A DNA stretch of 64,000 nucleotides from Phaeosaccion multiseriatum (Eukaryota; Protista; Ochrophyta, other classes): assembly GCA_965112735.1 (NCBI GenBank), contig OZ218963.1:3100001-3164000 (forward strand). Reading direction: 5' to 3'. The notes under the pieces are model-generated. The model was not told the DNA's origin and did not search any database. It worked only from the letters and a program-made list of their open reading frames with translations. This document shows, piece after piece, positions 35,173-46,655 of this stretch. The stretch's first letter is position 1. Each line of letters starts with the position of its first letter. The translations under genes were made by a program, and so were the position numbers.

Positions 35173-36315
35173 GGCAGCGAGGGAAAAAGGAGAAGGGGAG
35201 GTTTTAGAAAAAGGTAGTGCGGGAAAGGGAAAGATTACAGCAGGCTAAGCACGGGCCTAGAGGGTGATTTCCGCTTTCTTTTTCATAGGTCTTCTAGTTG
35301 CCTCTACTCTGGGAGGAGAAGGAGAGAGTCGACAGATAGGGGTGTGGCGTGTGTGGCGGCGCCGCAGGCGGAGAAAATTTCTCATTTTTTTATTTATTTT
35401 TTAATTTTTTTCTCTCACTCATCCACTCAACACCCACCCGCACCCACCGCGCACCCCCTCACTCAATCACATACTCACTCATCCAGCCTAACCCTAACCC
35501 TTACCCTCGTGCACCTCACTTAGCCCTAGCCACAACCTCTTTTGAAGCAAGGATTGACCCACAGAAACCTCAGAACCTCAAACCCAAACTCGAACCCTAA
35601 CCCAAAGTCCCAGTGCACGAGATTCTTAGAAGCATTCCGGAATCCGCCCTGCAGAGGCCACCAGAATAGCAGAAAACCGTCAGGGGCCGACCAAAGATAG
35701 AAGGCCTTCCTTCTCTTCTCTCGGTTTCGGTGTGACTAGGTTTCGGGTTGGATTTTTTTTGGGGGTTTTCTCTGCCTCGGGAAGGGTTTTGTTTCATAGA
35801 GTACCGCAAGGACTGTGGTATTGCCCGGACTGCCTTTAATGTAAATTGGGTTTAAAGATTATTTCGTGTTCTCTTTCCGCTTCGCTGCCCTGCGAGGAGT
35901 GCATGCCTACAGAACAGGTGTGCGGCTACCATTGGTCGGCCCCACGCACGCGCCCGCGGTCGCGGGGATGCCACCTAGAGGCCGCCTAGGACTGAAAAGT
36001 CAGCGGCCTAAGGCGGCTCACCGGCCGCCGGCCTAGGCCTAGAGCCCAGGCCGCTAGGCGTGCATGGCTGGGGGCGACACTCTCTTCGTAGCATAACACT
36101 CGCTACGTGTTAGATTGGCTTGTGAGAGGGAGCCTGTCAATGGCCGAATTTTCGGATCTGTGTGTTCCAGCTTCCCACTATAGTGCGGCCAGCGGAGGGC
36201 CGGTAGCATTCTCTAGGTGACGATGTGCCCCAATCAGGGGTCGATTCTACATCTCCTTCCGTGGGCATGAATCGGGAGCTGCACTCTGTGTATATGGTGC
36301 CATGTTATTAGGATG

Positions 36316-36666
36316 TTAGCCTCGCAAGTCGAATACCTCCCCGTGTGTGTGATCCCGTTGGTCCATCGCGTACGCGTGAGTGTGAGACTGCCGATACGCC
36401 TCCACCTCGGCTGTTAGCGTGGCTGGCAGGCGGTGGTAGCCCTCCGTGGTGCATACAGTGGCATACTCCCGAGTGATGAAGGCCAGTACGCTGTGTTTCA
36501 AGGCCGAAATTTGGAGGGCGTCTGAGTAGTGGTAGATCGAGGCAGCATTGTCGTGGTCCAGCACGCCCCAGAGGTAGCCCACGCACAGGGCGACGAGATT
36601 GTCGATGGAGTACTGTACGATAGGTAGACAGGGGGAGCCGAACAACAACAAAACACAGCGATGAGC

Positions 36667-36698
<32 letters not shown>

Positions 36699-39600
36699 CC
36701 GAAGAGGGACGAGGCTTGTTCGCTCTTTCTTAAGGTGGATAGCACTTTGGGGTAATGAATAAAACAACCCGACCCGACCACCTTAGGGGTAATACCCCCT
36801 GGGGACGCGCCCCTGCCCACCCTCACCCTCCCCACCCACCAACCTGATTGGCAGCCACGAGCAGCTCCATGATGTCGTTGGGATGATCCAAGCGGAGAGT
36901 GTCCGTGTAGAGGTAGGTGAGGAGGGAGAGGAAGACGGACCGACGGATCTCCCGAATATACACCACGTCGCTCACACTCTCCTGCCACCCGTTGAGCAGC
37001 ATGGCCCGCAAGGGCGGAGAGCGGAGAGAGAGAATCATGCGATGCACTGACAGTCGGCGCCGAGGATTCCTGCGTCTCGTCCCAGCCTCCTTTTGAACGA
37101 TTCCTGCTCCCCCGCTTCTTCCTCCTCCTCTTCCTTTTCCTCCTCCTCCTCCCGCTGCTGCTGCTGCTGCTGCTTCTGCCGCTGCTCCTGCTGCGGTGGA
37201 GGCGTTGTGCAAGACGGCGGCCCGGTGAGCGGGTGAATCCGAGGCTCCTCCCGGTGGGGAGAGCAAGTCGTCTCGACCCCACATAGGGCTGCTGCCGTCT
37301 CCGCTGCCCCCTCGACCGAGTGGGGGTGGCGTGGATACATTGAGGCGGCCCATAAGGTCCAGAGCAGCGAAAGATCCGCTGGTCTGAGTGGTAGTTCCGC
37401 AGCTTTTGGCAGCCCAACGAGAAGGAGAAGAAGCAGAAGCAAGCAAGCGCTCTTTCGTGTGGTGGTCAGCTACTTGTTGCTGTTCTAGCTGTTGTTGCTG
37501 TTGTTGTCCATGGCTGCTCTCTTTCCTTCCGCCCGGCAGCCGCAGCGGGACGAAGGGCGAGCTCGGGGGAGAAGGCGTGGACGCACACGAGAAGTATTCC
37601 TCCTGCAATGCGTCGCCCTCGGCCTCCTGCCCGCTGCTGCTGCAGCTGTTGCTGCTCAAGGCGTCGCCGCCCGCCGCATGATTATCATCGTCTTGAGGCA
37701 TGTCGGCGATGCAAGAAGAGAGCTTGCTGGGAGCGTGAGCAAAGGGCTCCCGGTACTGAGCGCCCAGGGGAGAAGGGGTGCTCGACCGGAAGTCAGCAGC
37801 AGCAGGAGACGCCATTGGTGAGCCGCCCGCAGAGGAGCCGGTCGGGGAAGACAAGCACGCGTGTTGCGAAGGATCCAGGAAGGAGTAGTGCGCCGTGTTG
37901 GTTGGCGTAGTGGGTTCGATAGAGCTGGTCCAAGGGTCAAAGTCCAAGTGCACATCTGCAAATGTCGGTGTTGTGGCCGCAGCACTAGTGCTTGCGCCTC
38001 CGTTTCCGCTGCCGCTTCCGCTTCCGCTACTCCCCCCCCCGAAACGGTCCCCATCTTCGCCAGTGCTTGTCCTCGCTCTCTTGACACTTCCACCCTTCGT
38101 CTTGGCGATGGACGGCAGCAAGGTCTGCAAATCGCAGTGCAGCCTACCCACGTGGAGCACCACTGGAGGCTCCGGCCCCGCATCGTAGAGACGCACTTGT
38201 GCTTTCGTCCACGTCCACTGGGGGGGGGGGGGAGGAGTGACTGAGGCGGTGGCACCCGGCGCTTGTGCTGCAATCCGCGGGGGGCTGGCGGAGGGCTCAT
38301 CTACCGCTGGAGCCGAATGCGGAGGTGCACAAGGCGGGGCAGCGCCAGCACCCGCACCAGCACCCGCAGCCGCACCCGCAGCAGCACCAGCAGTTGGTGA
38401 TACAGCCGCGGCCCGGCCCGGTATCAAGCCTGCCTCCAGGGCGTAAATGCTGGTATCGACTTCCTTGTTTCTATTCGCATCCCCCGGCCCCGGCGGCACT
38501 TCATCAGAGCCCCCAAACACGAGGAACCGCCGACCGAGCTCCACAAGGCCGCTGCGGCTCCGTGGGCAGGCTTGGATGCCTTGAGTAAGTACAGGAGTCC
38601 AGCAAACGTCCAGAGGGCCGGCGGCAGAGAAGGAGGGGGGAGACTGACAACAGCATCGCAGCGAGACAGGGGGAAGGTGGCGTATAACAAGAAATAGAGA
38701 GGTGGATTAGATGACGGCGTGTTCACTGGGCCTGCTAGCAAAGGAAGGGAGAGGGGAAAGTTCAGTTCTTCACGGGGGCGATTCGGGGTGGGGACTCTGA
38801 AGAGCAAGCCCAAGAGCAGACACCGCCGAAATGAAGCTCCCCACTTGATGTACAATGAAGAATACAACACAGTACAGCACACTCAACACGAACCATGGTC
38901 ATGACGAATACGTCGTTGAATGCCTTGTGTCCAGAGGTCCCTCCGAAGAGCAATACCGTCCGACTTCCTCGAATAGCCGTCATGGAGTGGCCATATCTCG
39001 CACAGGGAGACGTACCATTCACATTCACCTCTTCCCACCGGAGGCTCCCAAGGTTTCCGCAGCACAGCACATGTGTGTCGCTAAAGAGTGAACCCAGCCC
39101 CACACCTCCAAACACCACCATCCGGTCTCCTCCTCGGCTGGCAGGCACGTGTACGAGGGCGGCCGAGTGCGCGAGCCTGGGTCCTGGCCAGGTTCCCCTC
39201 ACCGTCGGCTTGATCCACAAGTATCGATAGCCATGCGCGTTGTTGCCATCGAGTTGCTCGACTTCACCTTCACCGGCAGGGCTGGAGCCCTTGCTGCCCA
39301 CCCTGCTTCCCTCGTCGCGGTGATGACTGTTGTCCTTCGCGCCCCTCCCTCTCCAACTGGCAGCAGGGCCCTCGCTCACGCTGCCGCCCCTCCGCGGACT
39401 GCCCCCCACCCGGCTCACATTGAGTACGCAAACCGTGTTGAAAGGCTCTCTTGCGGCGGGGGAGTAGCCTCCGAAGAGCACAAGGTTCGTATCGCGGGAG
39501 ATGTCGCGCGAATAGAGCTCGCTCGGGCCCTTGACGAAGTACTCGCTCCGCCCCTCACGACGAACACCCTCTTGCTGCCTCCTGGAATATACCGCCCTTC

Positions 39601-42600
39601 CGCTTCGTCCTTGCCCCTCTCCCCTCGGCGCTACTGTCGCCCCCTCTCCTGCTTGACCATAATACCCCTCCTCCTCCATCTCTTCCTCCTCCTCCTGCTC
39701 CATCTCCTCCTCCTCCTCGTTCCTATCGTGGAGTGACACCATCGTGTGTCTGGTTCGAAGTTCCACAGTCTCCCCCTCCACAGTGGGGCGGGACCACGTC
39801 ATGGTCAGGGCGTCGAGTACCCACAGGAAGGACTGCCGGGCCTGGTCATCTTGGGCGACCAGGTTGGTGCCTGTGAGGATACACACAGAGGAGGGAATGT
39901 AAGAAAGAGGCAGCAGGCGAAGCTCTCCATCTCAAAATACAGTGGAGGTGGTTTCTGTCTTGTAACTGAAAGCCGCCGAGACACGACGAATAAAGTCTAA
40001 CGGTGTGAGAGGGGTTAGAGCAAGAGACTCGAGCGTGAAACGGGTGGAGCTTTCGTCTCCAGCAACCAACATGTGTACAACCAACACATGTACAACAAAC
40101 ATGTGCAGTTGTGGGGGGTGGAGGAAAGGTGAGTGCAGCAACAATCACCTCCAATCAGTCAGTGATATGTGGTGCAAGAAAACAGTTCCTTCCCGATCAA
40201 ACCCGACTGTGCTGACTTACTCACCCCCGAAAACGAGAATGCGGCAGCTCTTGGACCGCGGAGGCTCCAGTACAGTGGCGCTGTGATAAATTAATGTACT
40301 TGGGGGCGTGCCTCCGGCCGTGTGCTTGGTCCAAGTCATTTCAGTGGGCTCCAGCACCAGAATGTGTCTGCGAGGGAGCGGCAGGGGAGGAGGGGCCGTA
40401 TCGCAACAATGACGGACGGGAAAAAAAATACAAGTCAGTCCCCTCTCGTGGGGGGAGAAAAACAAGTGAGCAAGCAAAAGGAGTTGCTCCTGCCCACGTC
40501 ATGCCCAGCACCCGCTGTGGGGTGTTCCGTATTCCGTACCTGCAGCTGTGGAACTGCCTTTTGTTGCCTCCACCAAGCACAACCATAAACTTGTCCAGCA
40601 CTGCCGTACACGTGTGTCCCGTCATGGGAGGAATGACGTCATTTCCCCACTCCTCCTCGCTTTCGCTGTCCGACTCGTCATCAACTTCCAGCTCCGCGTT
40701 ACCACCCCCCTCCGTTTCTTCCTCCTCATCGTCTTCCTCGTCCTCCTCGTCCTCCTCGTTTTCCACACCTCCTCCTCCGCCAACCGCAGCTGGCCATGCT
40801 TCGGCTCCGTTGCCCCCTCCCTGCTCTTCCTCTGCTGTGCTCCCTCCCTCTACCGCCCCGGTCGCCGCTTGTATAACCATCGCCTCGCCCTGTTGCCCAG
40901 ACTCAACCAATAAAGAGCTTTGCCTGCGCGTTTCCTCCAGGGTAGCTCGCACCCCCTCGGGCAGGCTGTCCTGCCCGTGGAGAGCCAGTACAACGTCGAG
41001 ATGAGTTGCCAAGTAGTGCATGCAGAACGCCTTGAGCTGGGGAGCGGTCGCCCTCTCCGCCAGTGCCAAGAGAACCACAATCGTCTCGTTGTTGACCATT
41101 CGCCTCGCCTCCCACTCCACCAGTGTTGTCAGTCGGGGCAAGGCAAGCGCCTCGGCGGCTTGAAACAACCGGCTGAGTGTCAATATACTCGTGCCTGGGG
41201 GAAGTCCGAAACGAGAGCCGGCAAAGCTGGAGAGTACCCTCTCTTGTTCTGCCTTTTCGTCCCTCTTCCAGTAGCCCAACGACCCCGCCCATTTGTGCTT
41301 GCCGCTCTCTTGTTCCATTCCTTCATGACGAGATACCTTCTCATCACTTGCCGCTGGGGAGTCAGGGGCCGGCGGCAGTCTCTTGTGGCACGGCGAGCTC
41401 ACAAAAGAGAATGGAGATTCCAAGACGGGGCCACTACTCCGTCTCCGAATGCGTCTTCCATTTCCCCCCGCCCAGGCCCACTCGGTCTTCGTCCAGCCCC
41501 TCATGGTATGGTCGCAGCTTCGATCTGGGCCATTCACAGGGACAATGCCGCCGCTTCCACTACTGCTCTCTCTCTCTACACCGCTACCGCCTCGAAAACA
41601 AGTGGTCACGGGCCCGTTTTCCGCCTCCAAGTTGAGTCGGTCTCCATACAGATACTCCAGCACAAACGGGATGACATCAGGATGCACTGAGCGGGGTAGC
41701 ACGACCATTGTCGGCTCCTCCTCGTGGCTGGCCAGGTAGGCCATGCGACTGCTGCCACCCCTGCTGCCACCCCCCAGCATGTCCTGCTCGTCACCAACAT
41801 CGCCCTCGCCCATCCGGTAAGACTCCTGCTGCTGCATCATTCCATCCAAGCTTCGCCTCTTTGCTCTCCCCCATCGAACACAGTATTGCTCTTCCGTACC
41901 ATGCTGCCGCTGCTGCTGCTGATGCTGTGAAGGCGCCGCTTGGCCTCTCGCCCTTGGAGACGCGGTGGAGCTCTCAGCGATGGCTTCGTCCTGGGCAGCA
42001 AGCACCAGGTCCTTTAGCACGGGGCTTCGGCAAGACAGGACGGCTGCGTGGCCGAGAAAGCGCTGGCCGTTCCTGGCCACCAGGGCAACGTCTGCGTGAT
42101 CTTTGGTATTGCAGATGCTGGTAAAGTCATCAGCCAGACGGTCTGAGCTGATGACGCCCGTACTCTCGCTCAAGTCCTGCTTGTGGCGCATACAAATGGC
42201 AGACAGAGGTGACCACCACCATTGTGGGGTTTCAAAACAAGTTGAGAGTGGTGTCCTCTGCCGTGCTTGTCCGAAAAGCTCAAGCCCTTTACGCCCCCCC
42301 CCCCACGGTACACCCTTGCAGATGTGCTTGCTCCGCTTTCTTCTGAGGCCCTTGCATGTCTCTGTATGTGGGATACGGAACAGGGTAACATGACTCTCCT
42401 TTTCTCTCTCTCCCTCACTCACCTTTCCATCCACACTCTCCAGCATGTCGATATGCACAATCTCGAGGGGGTATGCGCCGTCTCTGTAGTTAACTAGGAC
42501 ACTGAATTGGAAGTCGTGGTGCGGATCCCCCCTGAGGCTTTGAACGTAGAGGGAGTTGTGCTTGCGGCCTGGGTACATGCCGGCCGAGTGGATGTGTCGC

Positions 42601-43618
42601 CCAGTCTGTGTGCAGTGCAGTTTCACCACCTGACACAAGGGAAGACAGTACAGGTTGCGTCGAGAAGAGAGAGTGAGCCAGGTCATGAGAAGGGAGGGGA
42701 GGGAGAGAGGAAGGGAGGGAGACAGACACTACTGACCTGTTCCTCGCTACTGCCGCAGATTATCAACCTCCCACTACTGCTGTAATAGGCGCGGGTGAAA
42801 TTGTCTTCCAGGCCCGTGCGCGGCATATCCAGCTGGAGATGAAGCCTCCCGTCGACGGCCAGGTACTGCTTCACCTCATTGTCCACGGCCGAAGTCAAGA
42901 GAAAGCTGTCGTCTGGGCTGAAGCAGAGCATGACATGACCCTGTGAGGAGTGGCACGTGTAGATGGAGCGATTGTTCTCCGCCGTCCGTGCGTCCCACAT
43001 CTTCACCGTCTTGTCGAAGGACGAGGTCGCAAAGAGGAATGGGCTGAAGTTGGAGAAACGCGATATGTTTATGTGATCAGTGTGGATGCCCTCAAACTCC
43101 CGCACGACTTTGGCAGTTTCAAGGTCGTAGAGGCGCACATTGGAGCTGTACCCACTGGCCAGCATGAGGTCGTCGCTAGCGTTGACGTGCACGGACGTCA
43201 GCTTGTCGAAGCTCTCGTACGAGCGCACAATGGGCTCACACTCGGACACATCCGACCAGGCCCCGCTCCGCACACTGCCGCCGCTGCTGCTGCTGCTGCC
43301 AACGCCAGACCCCGATTCGTCCCCACCCCCTCCCGTATGCCCACCGGTGTCGCACATACGAAGAGAGCCATGGCTGGACCCCACAATGAACCGCCTCGCC
43401 GACTTCCTGAGCCAGCACAGCCCCAAGATTGGGTCATGGCGAGGTTTCGTCGCCTTGTTGCGAAAGTGAGACAGCACCTCGTTTCGACCCACGTCAGCGA
43501 CCACCGTCTCGCCCTTCAGCGTTCCGAAGACGAGAACATTCTCTTCTTGAGGATGATACTCGAACTGCCGGGGGCGATACCCACCCACATGAAGCACCGT
43601 GGTCTTCCAAGGCTGCAT
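36316..43618 (-). CDS. DHU1-like WD40 (WDxR) - BTB/BACK - Kelch repeats - BTB/BACK fusion protein
   Basis: WD40 part: RPRQFEYHP, TSSFDKTVKMWDAR, YVQSLRGDP. BTB1: ADVALV..HAAVLSCRSPVL..VLEYLY. Kelch: GHTC/HSA..LVFGG..W repeats. BTB2: VHRMILSLRSPPLRAML..LLTYLYTD. The WD40 end and BTB1 lie in one open frame (40341-42686). Confidence 0.85.
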
Positions 43619-43915
43619 GATTCGATTCAAGAGGGTGGAGGGTTATTTCCCCATCATTCCCCCCCCTCCTCTACTCCTTGCCCTTCTCCTGAGGAGGAAG
43701 TATCCAGTTTACGGGACGAGTAGGGGTGAGGTAGCAAGGGCGGCTTGATTGACTGCTTCCTTACAGCAGGAGCGGCGCTTTTCTCGATATTTCGATTTTT
43801 TCCGACGACGGCAATTAACGTTACGATTACGATTTCGCCGGGCGGACCTGATTGGCTCCTGTGCTGTGGAGCTCACTCCTCAAAGGGGATTACTTAGGAC
43901 AAGAGAGAGAGAGAG

Positions 43916-44753
43916 ATGGACTCGCTGAAACACCACTCACGCCTCTCGAGCGGCATCGAGAGAGGAGGGCGTAAGGGCGCTCTAAAACGCGGTGCAGTCG
44001 GACAGGCCTCGACAGCCAGAGGCCAATCTGCAGCCGCCGAGCTACGAAAAGGACCCCAGCAAGGGCGAGAGCAGCAGCACCAGGCGCACCACGACCACCG
44101 CAACAGATCTTCCTGGCTGAAAGCAAATGGGGACTTTGTGATTTTCGCCTTCATCTCCTTCATCGCTATGGTGGTCATGCCCGCCCGATCTCTGCTGGCT
44201 GTGGTGCTGGAGCGGTCATCAGCGGCAGCTCCCTTCAGTGGGGCTACTCTAGGCCGACATGAGCCAGCCCTGGTAGTAGGACGTCGTCAACTCCAGCAGG
44301 AGGACCAATCCGTGGACTCTTTTGAGTTTTACACGGCCACTGTTCTGACTATTTGCGCCTGGAGCGGCTCTGCGGTGAGTGAGACAGACCTAGAGAGCGC
44401 CCTACTTGGCCTCCCGGCTTTCGGTCTGAATGAGCACAGCAGTCAAAGCGATTCAGACAATGGAGGCGACGGATGGAGGCTGCGTGCCCCACATGGGTAC
44501 GTGACAAAGGCGAACGGGACCGAAGCCCTCGAGTGCAGCGAGATGAGCAACAACTACACCTTCAACGGGGAGCAGTTTGAGCTCCGCCTGTACAACAACA
44601 AGGCCGACGGAAGTGGCTCCCCGGCTTCGGAGGTTGCTAGTGCACAGGTGGATGCTGTATTCCAGGACTCGGAGACTTTCTTTGTCGAGCTTGCCACTCG
44701 TGCCAATGCGGCGCTGCTGGCCCGTCGAATACTCGAGACAACCTCCCCTGGTC

Positions 44754-44785
<32 letters not shown>

Positions 44786-45523
44786 GCGTCCAATCTCATT
44801 TCAGCCGGTGATGAGATGAAGGCAGAGGAGATGTTTGTGAGCAAGCTAGGCTACATTGTCGGCTTCTTCGAGACGGAGGACGATGGACGCACGGAGAAGG
44901 ATCCCGACTCCAGGCCGTCTGGTGTCATCCACATTGGAAACACCGAGGTTTGGTGGCCCTGGTACATGTGGCTCATCACACTGGCCATCATCTTGCTGTG
45001 CCTCCTGCCCCTCTTCTCCTTTGTGCTGCGCTCGAAGCGCGATCTCCGCCAAGAGGAGGAGGAGGACATGCTCGCAACCAAGCAGAGAGACATGGAAGGG
45101 CTCAACAAAATTTACGGCCCGGAGTATGGTCTCACGGAAGTCGACTTTGACCAGGACTACATGGATTACAACGACGAGGGCATGAGGAGAGAGTACGAAC
45201 ATGTGCACAACAACGTAGTCGACGACCACCCAAGCCGCTCCACGGGGGGGAGAGGGTCCGTGGCGGATTCCGTGTGGCAGCAGCAGAGTCAAAGCACCCA
45301 GAGCAAGTGGGGAGCTAAGGCAGAGAAAAGGGAAGCAGCCGCGGCAGCAGCAGTAGCAGCAGTAGCAGCAGGAGGAGTGGAGCCACTGGGAGGTGCCAAG
45401 ACGGGGGGTGAGGCACCCTCTCGAGGCTTTGACATGGATGACGTGGAGGAGGACGGGAGCGACGACGAAATGACGGGGGATGTTAGGGATGTCCTGGCGG
45501 CGTTCGACGGAGGGCAGAGCTGA
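43916..45523 (+). CDS. Hypothetical intronless membrane protein (N-terminal hydrophobic anchor, ectodomain, TM helix, acidic tail)
   Basis: 535-aa ORF with hydrophobic FVIFAFISFIAMVVM and WWPWYMWLITLAIILLCLLPLFSFVL, plus N-glycosylation sequons (NGT, NYT). Confidence 0.75.
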
Positions 45524-46016
45524 CTCGACTTGACTTGATCGTAAATAGTTCAGATAGGGTGATGGCGGAAAGGGGGGTGAAAATGACCATGGTGCAGAGA
45601 AGTTGAAACTTACAGTAATTTCCTGGTTTCCTTTGGCTTCCGATGACTTCAATCAAGAGATGTGTATATAATCGAATTTCAACCTCTCAAATCTAGGCCA
45701 AGGCGGGCCGGGCCGCAGGCCGCCTTCGGCCCCTTCGGCAGCACAAAGTAAGGTGGAGTTTTATGCCCCCCACCCACCCCCCGGCCACGCTGCGTGCGTG
45801 CGTGGGTGCGTGGGTGCGTTAGGCCGGCCTGTGGGGGACTGGCAACTGAAATTGGAACTGAAGAGAGATCAGATCGCGATCTGTGAGTGCGCTCAGATTC
45901 GAAGTCGCTTTGGTCAGCCCCCCCCCCCTCAGGTGATTCCTCTTAAGTCAATATATGTTCGCCCCCCCCCCCTCTAAAAATCTAAAAATACAACTAGAGC
46001 CGCAGTCAGCCTCGCA

Positions 46017-46562
46017 ATGAAGGTGAATGAGCAGTTCCTGCAGTCCACAATCTCTAATGTGGCCTCTCACAATCGCCGGAATCAGGAAGGCCAGTGCTGG
46101 AGGATACATCGCTTTGAACAGGAAGATGGGCGACGGCAGGAGCTGAGAGACCAAAGAAGGGAGAGTTCCCATGGAGACATGCCGTGGGAACGAGGGGTTG
46201 GTGGGAGGAGCAGTAGGAAGAGAAAGAGGGAGAGAGAGAGCTCCAGCCAAGGCAGAGCGAGTCCAGCGGATGACTCCCGAGAGGGACAACTGGAAAGGGA
46301 GCGGGCGATATGGGCGGAGCGAAAGGCAAGAGCGATGGCGCAGGGGGGAGCAGGGGTGATCAGGGGCGAGGAGCGAGCAACGGAGCCGAAAGTGAAGCAA
46401 GCGCTGCTCGATAGTGATTCGGAGAACAATGTTGGCGGCAAGAGCAAGAAGAGGGTGAAGGAGAGGACGAAGAAGAGCAAGGAAAAAAAGAAGCACAAGA
46501 AGAGCAAAAAGGCCAAGAAGGAAAAAAGAAAGGAGAAGAAGGATAATGAGCGAGTGACTTGA
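46017..46562 (+). CDS. Hypothetical nuclear R/S/K-rich protein
   Basis: 181-aa ORF with an ordered N-terminal motif KVNEQFLQSTISNVASHNRR and a Lys-rich tail, typical of small nuclear or splicing-associated proteins. Confidence 0.65.
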   Translation: MKVNEQFLQSTISNVASHNRRNQEGQCWRIHRFEQEDGRRQELRDQRRESSHGDMPWERGVGGRSSRKRKRERESSSQGRASPADDSREGQLERERAIWAERKARAMAQGGAGVIRGEERATEPKVKQALLDSDSENNVGGKSKKRVKERTKKSKEKKKHKKSKKAKKEKRKEKKDNERVT

Positions 46563-46655
46563 CACGAGATTCTACTACGCCAACCATTGATGAGTTTTCT
46601 TAGTTACATCAACGCTGCGACGAGGGGGGCTTCAGAGCTCTCGCGACTCAAAGGC

